Source: an uncultured Clostridia bacterium (GTDB taxonomy: Bacteria; Bacillota; Clostridia; Christensenellales; UBA1242). Taken from it: 64,000 nucleotides of DNA. The stretch's first letter is position 1. Each line of letters starts with the position of its first letter. Where the stretch lies: the NCBI GenBank assembly GCA_944332185.1, contig CALVJJ010000004.1:5768-69767 (forward strand), in the 5' to 3' direction. Of this stretch, positions 16,601 through 28,600 are shown one piece after another. The notes under the pieces were generated by a model. That model saw only the letters and a program-made list of their open reading frames with translations, was not told the DNA's origin and ran no database searches. The position numbers and the translations under genes were made by a program.

Positions 16601-19600
16601 AACTAGTGCACTCAATAAAAATTTGAGAATTGTTGTAGCAGAAGGGACAGATATTATTCGTTTTGCAGATGGGCAAGTGGATCAAAATGGTCGTATTCAA
16701 AGTGTAGGGAATACTTTGACTTTCTATCCTGTCAAAGCAGGACTGATTGAATTAAAAATTGGTGCAGAAGATAGTTTTGAAGCTAGTTCTTCTGTTGTGG
16801 GAAGATATGAACCTAGTACATATATTACCATTCGTGTAAAGGTGGCAGATGGTAGTAAAGCCTATCCATTTGAAATTGCCAATACACAAGACTTTTTCAA
16901 TATTGCCAATGGCTATAAAATGGTTAGTGATGTTTTGACGAATGAGTATCATTATATGCTAGCCAAGAATATTAACCTTGCAGGACAAGTCTTTACACAA
17001 CATAGTTTGTTTGGTGGAGTGTTCAATGGTTCTTTGACTGGTCTTATGCAATATACGGAAGATAGCGCAGTACAACGATCTATCTATGGCTATAAAGTAG
17101 TATCAGATACACAACAAACAAGACCATATTACGGTATGTTTGAACAAGTAGGAATAGATGGAATACTAGATCACATTGTTCTTACACAAACTGATGTACA
17201 ATACAAAACAGAACAAGCAGAAACACTCTATGCTGGTATCTTAGTTGGAAAACTAGATGGTAAAATCACACAAAGTTATGTGAGTGGAAAACTATTCGTT
17301 GAAAACACAACAGATAAAGACACCTTTGTTGGTGGTGTTGTGGGACTACATAGTGGATACTCTGCTGGAGATAGTGTAGATCAATCAACACAAAGTAACA
17401 ATACCAATTATAGTGTATCGATAGCAGTCACAGCACCAAAAGCGTATGTAGGTGGTTGGGCTGGTAGTGTACAAGGACAAGAAGAAAGCACGCACCTTTC
17501 TATGATAGAAGGAGTGAATGGTTTTGCTAGTATTGTAGTCAATCCTGTCAAAGACACAACCTCTATGAGTATGGCTGGTGGTTTAGCTGGGGTGGTACTT
17601 GATGCCACAATCGGTAATGCCATCATACAACCAGTGATCCAAGCTGATGTTGTAGGAGGAATGGCTGGAGCTACTTACAATACCCAAATGGACCATATTA
17701 CGGTAGAACTTTTGGATATGGCAGATACCAATGCTACGTATGGGCTCTACGGGCGTAAAGTGACTGGGGGCATGATAGGATTGATGGACGCTTCTACTAT
17801 AACCTTTAGTTATGTAAGAAGTTATGCAAAAACCAATCAAATAGAACAAAATGGTCAAACCGTATCGTATATAGGCGATCTAGTCCTAGATGTCGATGGA
17901 CAATATCTTGGTGGACTTGTTGGAAGTCATGAAGATGCACAAAACTGGGCAGATCAATACAACTTCACATTGAGCACAAAAAATGTGATCACCAATATTC
18001 AACAATCTTATGTAGATGTATCTATTAGGGTATATGCTACCAACGATCCAAAAGTAGGTAGTCTATTAGGATCTAGCTACTATTATGTAGATGAATCTTA
18101 TACAGAAAATAATACATTCTTGCAATACAACTATGCAAAAATTACCACTGTAGAAGGTGTAGATGTAGACAATTTAACTTTTGTGGGAAATTATAAAACA
18201 ACCAATCAAATGGTAACCATTCACAAAATGAAGATTGTAGACACAAGTGTGGTGGTGGAAACACAACTAACCATTGATGTCATCAGTACAGATGGAAATA
18301 ATACCATTCTTACTGGACAACAAGTCACAGGATATACACTGCCAGATACTTTTGCAGATTCTGTCTATAATGTAGCAAGTGGACTAGTAGAATATTATGG
18401 AGCAAGTGAAAAATTAAATGATGTAAGACAAGTTACGGGTAGATTGACACAAGAACAAGCTTACATTCAAAAAGGTAGTTTGACAGGCGAAGATACAGAT
18501 AGTTGGTATATTCGTATGCAAAATTTGGGCAACAGCGAATTAGGCTATTACCTTTACGAAAAAGATAATACGTATTTTGCAATTCCTAGTGTAGTAACGA
18601 TTCAAGATGCTTTGTATCAAATTACCTTAGATACTAGTTATGAGCCAGTAGATGTACCACTCTATGCTTATGTAGCAGAAGATGTAGAAGGATCAGCACA
18701 ATACGTAGATGGTATGCATACTATGTATCAATACACAAAACAAAATAATACGACCATCGTACTTGATGCAGAAGGACTCATGATGACAGAGATGGGAATC
18801 CCATCATCTATGGATAGTGTTTGGAACACAAATAGTGCATCTAGAGTGCTTGCTTACCGAGAAAATGTATTAGATAGTGATACCCAAACTATTGATTGGA
18901 CTCTTCTTAGTCAATATATCTTCTATCAAAATAACAATGTATCTAGCGGCTATATCTTAAATGATGATTTGCCAGTGTTAGTAGACCAAACCAATCAAAA
19001 ACTTTTGTACAATATTTTGCCAACTTCTTTAATCATACAAGTAAGTGAAACAGTTACAGATATTACAAGTAATCATTACTTTATAAAAGATGATGATACA
19101 GCGATTATGTATTATAATGTCCTTATCGATGGGCCAGAACTAGACCATAATAATGTGTATTATGTGGGATTACAACAGCTAGCCAATCAAACTGTGGCAA
19201 CATACACATTAGATGTCAACCAAGATTTTGGGGGAGATAATCGTGTCAGTGTTATGAGTAGCAATCCTAATGTTGTTCAAGTACAGGAAGGGACCAATGC
19301 TATTGTACTTTGTGGTATAGGACAAAGTGAGATTACGGTAAGATCTTTATTAGATGCTTCAGTGTATGACACCTTTACCATTGTTACGACATACGGTATC
19401 CGTGGAATACATTTGACAGATGCAGAAGGGAATGTTATTACCAATCAAGATACAATGGTGCAATACATTAGTGAATACTATAGTTATTATCATGTAGCAA
19501 CCACCAACCAAGTACAACAAAATGGCATTGTCAGTTATTACCAAACAGAACAAAATTTCCAATTACAAGTGACAATTACAGGGTATACGAATACAGATAC

Positions 19601-22600
19601 ACAAAGTCCTGCTATGGATTTTGGAGGCAAAAAGATCACTGTACAAGATGGTGTCATTCTAGTCGATGGACAAAATCAAAACACTTTCCTTTTATCTAAT
19701 GTCGACCAAATCGCTATCAAAGGTATGCAAATTGGACAATTTAGTTTTAGCATAACACCTTTGATCTTAGTAAATGGAAAATCATATACCCTAACAGGTG
19801 TGACACAATCTTATGCAATAGATATTGCCAATCAAGCAACTTCTATTGTGTTTGATAAAGGTGCTACAAGTACGACATTTGCCATTGCGGGAAGTGGTAG
19901 CAGTAGTGAACTAGGTGTGTACTTGACTACCTATCATGAAGCTGATGAATTGAGCATGAATGTATATGATTATCAAGGAAATGTCTTAAATAGCGAACCT
20001 ATTGCCTTATCTACTTTCTCGAGTGGAACGTATCGATACTTAAAAATCAACCAAATCAACCAAGATGTACTCTCTACAGATAGTAGCAGTGAGATAGAAA
20101 AATATCATCAATTACAACTGTTATTCGATCAAACAGCATATTTAAGTAATATTTTAAGTACGTTACCAGAAGATAGTCTTAATCATCAACAATATGTGTT
20201 GGAGTTTGTGTGTGAAAGTAATACCGATCTTATTGGCACTTTCCATGTCAATATGCAAGCATTGAGTGTGAGTTCGATTGCCAATTACTATTACCCATCT
20301 GCACAACAAAAAGATCAGCAATACTACCCACAAGAAAATGCGAGTACCTATCTTGTACCGGGTAGAATTGGTATGTTTAAAACCAATGTTTTCCCAATGC
20401 TTAATAATGTCGATTACTTTACAATGACAGTGGATCCAGCATACCGACAATATATTCGATTGACACAATATTATGCCAATATGAATACAGATGGCACAGC
20501 CATTGCGAATTACACAGCTTATGAAAATACAGCCTATTTGCCAGAATTTGCTGGAATTCAATTAGAAAAATTGAGCCAAAAGACTTATTCAGCAAATAGT
20601 TTTGCCTATAGTTATACCGGTGATTATTATATCGGTGTGACAACTAGTTCAGACTGTCCAAGTGGAGGACAAGTTGTCTTTACCTTGACAGGCTACCGAT
20701 ATACAGCAGATGGCAGTGTGGAAATCGTGACTGATGCGACAACAACCATTTCCTTAGATGTTGTGGCTTTGCCAAAAGTTGATCTTACCATTGGAGGAGA
20801 AAAAGAAAGTATTCTTGCTAATGGTTATGAAAAACAAATGAATGTATCTATTAGTAATTATGATCTAATCAATGATGGACCAGTAGAATTCGTGATTGAA
20901 GTAGAAGAAGGTGGTATTTGGACCAGTGAAGGTGTTCAATCCAAATATATGGTAACAGAATCCTATCTTTTCTCTATTCTTGATGGAAAAGTAGGAGATA
21001 GAGTACGTGTAACTGCCCATATTGAAAAGATGTTGAATGGTGTGATGGAAGAATCGAATAGTTCTGTCATATTCAATGTAGTGGCATACGAAATTACCAA
21101 TATCTTTATTCAATCTTATCCTAGTGATCAAATCGAATTACTCAATGGGACACAAAATTATTTACTGGGAGATTTTGCTTATAGAGGAGAAACCAATCCA
21201 ACCATTGTATCGAATTTACGACTTTTAAGATATACTTGGAACGGTATTTTATCTTCTAGTACAGGATCTAGAAACAATCCATTCCAATATTACGATAATG
21301 GATACGTAAGTGTGGCAACACAACAAGAAAATTATTTGTATAATGGATCTATTCGTTTCATGAGATCTAATACCAATAATTATCTATTTGTGGAGACAGC
21401 AAAAGTTTCTACGCCATTGCAATTCCGTATCGTATTATCTTACTATTATGTCAATGGTGTTCCTACCTTGTATACCAATCAAGTAGGAGTAGATCAATAC
21501 TATCAACTTTATTATGATTTTACCATTACGATCAAAGACAATAGCAGTGCAGACAAGCCATTCCCAATCTATGAGGAAGAAGACTTCTATGCTTTGGAAG
21601 GTGTCACAGAAGGACATTATATCTTAATGAACAATTTGGAACTAACAGGACATACTCCTTTTGCTCTACAAGTAGATTCCTTGGATGGTAATAATCATAA
21701 AATTACGTTAAATGGATTTGATCTTAACACCTATCAATCTGGATCTACAGCCAACGTAGGATTATTCCAAAGTATTGATAGTGAAACGGTACTGAAAAAT
21801 TTGATTATTGATATTCACCCATTGATGACCAATCTAACAACCATACAACAAGTTTTAGGAAAAGTAAGTACCACACCAGAACAATATGAGAATGCTTTAA
21901 GTCAAGTAAAATTGAATTTTAGTGGAATTCAAACAGTAAATTTTGGTTTGGTTGCAGTTACCAACAATGGAACCATTACCAATGTAAATGTTGTGAATAT
22001 TAGTGAAGAAACAGACAAAGAATATTTGTTTGTCTATACATCGCAAGATTACTTAAGTGGGGTACGTACTAATGCAAGTGTGGCTGGATTAGTCTATTCC
22101 AATGGTTCTAATGGTGTGATTACCAATAGTTTTGTGGGTATGAACTATAGTACCAAAAATGATGCAGACACATCGATTCAAAATACCATTACTGTCAATA
22201 TGGCTCAATATGGAGAAATTACGAATGATACTTCTAGCACTGCCACAGGATCTGATACAAATGGTCAAATTGTAGAAGAAAAACAAAAAATTCGTCCTTT
22301 TGTATTAGCTGGTGGAAAAGAGTTAAGTGGATTGGTAATAGACAACTTGGGTACCATAGCCAGTACGTATGTATATGGGGTCGGGCTTTTGAATTTGGCA
22401 AGCTTATTTAATGAAGTGTATACAGCGGGGGTAGTACTCTATAATAGAGGTACAGTATTTGCAAGTTTTGTAGAAGGTATGTCTACTCTAACTAGTACCA
22501 CTGAAACTATATCTACTTTACCTAGTACCAATATATATCGTGCTAATAAAGACTATATTATAGAAAGTACTGGTATGTCTGGTGGATTCGTATATCAAAA

Positions 22601-25600
22601 TGTAGGAACAATATATGATTGTTATGCCAATATTGCAGTGAGTACCAATTCTGGCAGAACAGGGGATTTTGTATTCCAAAACCAAGGAAGTATTCGTAAT
22701 TGTTATACGACAGCAATCAGTCTAGAAAATAGTAAAGGCTCTGGTGCTCCAGCAGATGAAATTAGAACCAATCATGGAGTATTCACAGGTATTGGAACAG
22801 ATCTAACCATCAATAATACGGGTACGTATTCAGGGTGTTATTATTTACTATTAAAGAACGAAACAGAAAGTAAAATCGAAGATGCATTTGGCATCAAAGG
22901 ATATGTAACTGGTCAGGATAGCCAACAAACAAAATCAGATTATTTGAATATTGATTCTTACTATGGGTATTCGATGGGAACAAATGGTAGTGATTATATC
23001 TGGGTCATGGATACGACAGGACCAAAACTGGCTTATAGTTATACTGCCACTACTTCCATGCGATATATGAATGTATCGACTAGCAGTTCTGAAAATGGCT
23101 GGAATTATATCTATTTTGCAGCATATTCTTATGGAACGACGAACAATCCTATTTTAATTACTTCTGGAGAAGAACTAGTCACTTCAGTCATCAATTATGC
23201 AAATACCATTTATGTCTTACCTGATGGATCAGTGAGTGGTCAACAACCAACAGATGAAAGTGCTACCTTAACACCAATCTTTGGATACGATAATGGTGGA
23301 GCATCAAAAGAAGAAGAGAGTGCTAGTTTTAGTGCTAGATCTATTCGATTAGTAAGATCTATTACGATATCTAGTACGCTAATCAATCAAACAAGAATCA
23401 ACAATCGATATTTAAGAGAAGTCATTTTTGCAGGAATACTAGATGGTAATGGAATGACTGTAACCATTGACAACCTAAACGATGAATTACATCAAGTCTC
23501 TAAAGAAAATTTTGGTCTATTTAGTCAAATTGGAGTATTTAGTAGTTCCAATAAAGCCATTGTCAAAAATATTACGTTTGACCTAAAAGGCAATGTTACT
23601 TCTTCTAATGCACACAATGTTGGTATGCTTGCAGGATCTATTTATGATGCTACTATTATTGATGTGACAGTTGTGGGTTCTGAAGGAGTCACCATTAGTG
23701 GACTCAATGCAGTCGGTGGGATTGCAGGGGTAATTGGTGGAGATAGTCAATTACTCAATGTAAGAAGCAGTATATCTGTTAATAGTGTGTATGATACAAG
23801 AATTACAGACAAAGAAAATTCTAGTGATCCAGATTATGATTTTGCTTATCATAGATATGTAGAAGGCGATGGAAAGATAGATAGTACCAATGTCTCTTAT
23901 GCAGGAGGTATTGCAGGGATTCTAGATATTGATACCTTAAAACAACTACTTACTTATAAAGATGGAAAGCTTGCAGGTGTGGATTTGAATTTGGATTCTA
24001 CTGATCGAACCAGTATGTTTATTACTGAACAAAGTAGTGCCAAGATCATGAATTTGACAGTCTATGGATATGTCCAGATTGTAGCAGAGCATGCTGGTGG
24101 ACTCTTTGGATATGTCGGTACCACTTCCCATGTAAAACATAGTACATTTGAAATTGATGTAGAGACCACACAAAACATTATCGGTCACAATTTTGCCGGT
24201 GGTATTGTAGCAGAAAATAGAGGATATCTAGAAGAAGTCTATGTAGATGCCAATGCTGAAGATAAAGAAGAATTAGATGCTACTTTACCTTCTGTATCTT
24301 ATGGAACGACGTTATTTGTCGATACCAACAATCAATACCCAGTAGCTATTGGAGGTATTGCAGGATACAATCAAGGTGCAATCTATAATAGTTACTCAAA
24401 AGCCAATGTTGTCAACAGTACGGCCTTCGTGGCAGGTGGTGTCATTGGTATTGCTGAAGGTGTGAACTATTTGTCTCACGTATATACCACAGCCTATGCC
24501 TATGCTCGTAAAGTTATTGGTGGTGTGATTGGATTTGTGAGAGAAAATGGTAGCATACAACCAACCTTAATTATGGATTATGTCACAGGGTATAATGTCT
24601 GGGATAATGTAACAGACAAGACAACCAACAATACGACATATACACTTCTTTATAATATGTATAAAGAGGGGTACAAGGATATTGAGACAGGAAAATATAG
24701 TAATTTTGAAGTTCGTATGCCACAGATTGGCAATCAAGAATATGTTGTATATGATATAGAAGGTGGTACCACAACAAGAACACTTGCTTCTTCTACCTAT
24801 ATTGGAAGTTTACTTGGTAGAGTGGGAAGAGTAAGCGAAGATAATGTAGTGCCAAGTGTAACGGCAAGTAGTATGAAAGATATCTTATATACAAGGACCA
24901 ATTTGCCAGCGACTGAAAGCACAACAGGAACTACCATACAAAGTGAAGAAAATGTTTTAGATACAGATGAGATAACGACTGAGATATTTACTAGTAATTA
25001 TGCTACAGATGAGATGACTATTTATACATCTACTAGTAATTATGCTTATGTCAATTCTATGCCAAATGAAAAGAGTAAAGTTAGTAACAATACAGATAAA
25101 ATCTATTTTGAAGATGTATATGGTATTCAAAAACAATATGAAACTTTAAAAAATGGATTGGAATTTTCTTTATCTACTGAAAATGGTCAATATATCAAGG
25201 ATGAAGATGTAAAGAATTATCTTGTGCTCAACCAAATGGCAAGTACTTTATGGGTATTTGATAGCATAAGTGATGGCAGTAGAATCAATTCAAAATACTG
25301 GTCTTATGATAATGTTACAAAATTACCGATCATGATAGAAGGTGTCTATAGTTCTAATAATATTATTGAAAATAATACACAATACAAATCTTTACTATTA
25401 CAAGCAGCGATCAATAACCAGACTGCGAACAAATTCTATTTTGTAACAAAAGATATTACCATCAGTGATTTTGTAGAAAATGCCTATGATAGGCGTCCTA
25501 TTGTTTTCCAAGGACAGTTATCTGGACTATTAAACGAAAATAATAATAATAAGAATACAATTACGTTGTCCAAAGATGCTACATTCAATCTTATACAAAA

Positions 25601-28600
25601 TGCAACCATTGAGAATTTGAAATTTGTAGTTGATCTTACTCAAGAAAAAGAATCTCTAGCATTGACAGAATATACTAATGCACATATCGCTCATGGATTA
25701 TTTGCAGATTATGTATATAATTCTGCTATTCGTAATGTCGATATTGAAATTAAGTTACCAAGTTCTTTCTCTATTGGTGGACAACAAGATAAGGTACATG
25801 AATACTTAGGACTAGTATTTGGGTATGTGGTAGATAGTACGATCGAAAACGTGAATATTACTATTACGAATGCATCAACTATTACTGGTGTGCAATATAG
25901 CAACTTTGGGGTATTTGCTGGTGGAATTCGTAGTTCAAAAGTCAATACTATTACTGTCACAAGCAATGTCCTAACCATTGCACCAGATGAATATATTGAT
26001 TCGAGTGCATCAGGGTACTCCTATGGTACAGATGTTACGGTGGGTAGTTTTGCGGGACTAGTTTATACACAAAGTAGTCTTAACAACATACAAGAAAATG
26101 TATCTTTACAAGTACAGCCTATTGTGAATAATAGTTCTTATCGATACTACTATATTGGATCAGTGGCAAAGGTGCAAAATACCACGATGTCTAATTACAG
26201 TGTTAGTGGAGACATAACGGTGACTTCTGCTACTTGGATTACAGAAGGGTATGTGTATTATGGTAGAGTAGCAGGATACTCCAGTGATACGAGTATCAAT
26301 TTCACTGTATCTACAACAGCAAATCTTACTTACAATCCACAAGGAAGTGAAGATACCCTTTATCTAGGTGGTGTGCTTGGATATGCTTCTGCTACAACAC
26401 TTCGCATGGATAAAGAAGATGAACTTGTAGACAATATAAAACAAAATATTGAAGTCTTAGAATCTACTAAATCTATAATGATCTATGCTGGTGGAATCAC
26501 AGGCTATAGTGTCAAAGGTAATATTCAAAATATTGGTGTGACTTCTGTACTAACGCTTGCTTCTACTAGTAGTGTTTATGCTGGTGGTATCACAGGCTAT
26601 AGCAAAGGTGTTAGTATGCAAAACATCTTATTTGATGGTACGATAACGGTAGGTCAAGAAGGTGTATCTAGTACTCAAGCATACCTTGGTGGATTGAGTG
26701 CCATTGAAGAAAATAATACTGTGACATCATTCGTCGTGATGGGTACATTACAATATATTGGGACAGGCAATACCTATCGTATGGCAGGACTTGCTGTGAC
26801 GATGAATGGAGAAGCAAGTGCAGCAAAATATTCCAATGGTATGGTATCTCCAATATTTAATACCTTTAATACTTTATGTAAAGATGGTAGTATAGAGCCA
26901 TTGTATATTAGTTGTACTGCTACCAATAGAGTAGACAATACCGTAAAATATCCATACGAACTCTATCTATATGAAGGTATGGAAGACTTAGGAGATATCT
27001 CTCAGTCACATACTGATCACAATGGTATGCGATATGTGGATTTTATCAATACTTATTACAAATCAACGATTGCAACCACAACTACTACTACGACTAATCC
27101 TTCTTACATTGGAAAAACCTTCACAGTGACCATGGATCAAGAAGGCACTAGATACAATCCAACAGTCATTACAACGAACATGACGATTGGTAAAGATAGC
27201 AATAAGTATTATCTTGTTGATGGAGCTTATGCTATTACACTACTAGAGACATTCAATGGTGTGCTAATTGGTAAGAATACACAAGATAATGTCGCATATA
27301 GTTCTTCAAGCAATCTAACCAATAATGGAATTATTGCCAATATTCGTTTTGATGCTAGCATGATATTCACAAGTAATACTGGAGTGCTCTTTAATATTTT
27401 AGTTGAGCAAAATGAAGTAGATGGAAAAGGCCAATCTTCTAAAGGGATCCTTACGAATGAGAATACAGGATACATTATCGATAGTGGTGTGGTCTTGGAC
27501 CAAGTCACAACGGAAGGTCGTGATAAGATTGCATTACTTGTTTATACAAATAGTGGAACAATTATGAATTCTTATGTTGTCGGTAATGCTTTCCCAAGTA
27601 ATGCTTATGCTCTTGTAGCTAATAATACAGGTAGGGTACTGAACTCGTATTATGCTGGTAATGTGAATAGCATTATTAGTGGAGGGAATTACTCCAATAT
27701 CAAAGTTAATGCTGATGCTATGGGAGTGCCAAGTGGTCGTACAGAGAATAATATTCAATATTTGAGTACCGAGAATCTCTTAAATTTAGGAAATAGCAAT
27801 CACAACTTTGATACAAAGACATCATTAGCATACAATAATGGTTATCCTTATATATTAGGTGGTATGCGCTATGCTAATACTAGTTATAATAATGGAGAAT
27901 ATGTAATATATAATCAAGCTGACTGGATCTTAACCAATCATGATCTTACAGGAAAAGAAACACTACAAAAAGTAACAATCACTCTGCAACAAAATATTAC
28001 CTTGTCTGTAGACATTCAACCAATGAATTTGAAAGGATCGGATACAGCAACGATTACTGTTGATGGTAATGAAAAAACCATCACTATCAACTCTACTATG
28101 ACAGCTAGTAATGGAACTTGGGGATTGTTTGGATTAGTACAAAATGCAACAATTACAGACCTTACCGTTCAATGGAATAAAGACAGAACTTTAAGCAGTA
28201 ATAATGGTATTACATACGCTGGAGGACTAATTGGTCAAGCTGAAAAAGTTACTTTAGAGAATGTAACAGTGTCGAATTTGACTATCAATGATGCTTCTAC
28301 ACAGTACTTGGGAGGAGTCATTGGATATGGTACGAACATCACGATTGACAAACCTGTTAGTGTAAACAATATTACATTAACACAAAATAACACAGCAAGT
28401 TCACTAGGTGCATTTGCTGGTGAAATTACCAATTTAGATGGAGAAGAATCCATTACGATCACCAATCCAACCTTGAAAGGTAACAATATTGTTGGAGGTG
28501 CTATTGGAACGATCACTGGTGATGTATCACAAGTCATTCAAGTGACAGATGGTGGAAGTATACAAGGAGGAGTGTCTTCTATCGTAGGTGGGGTCTTCGG

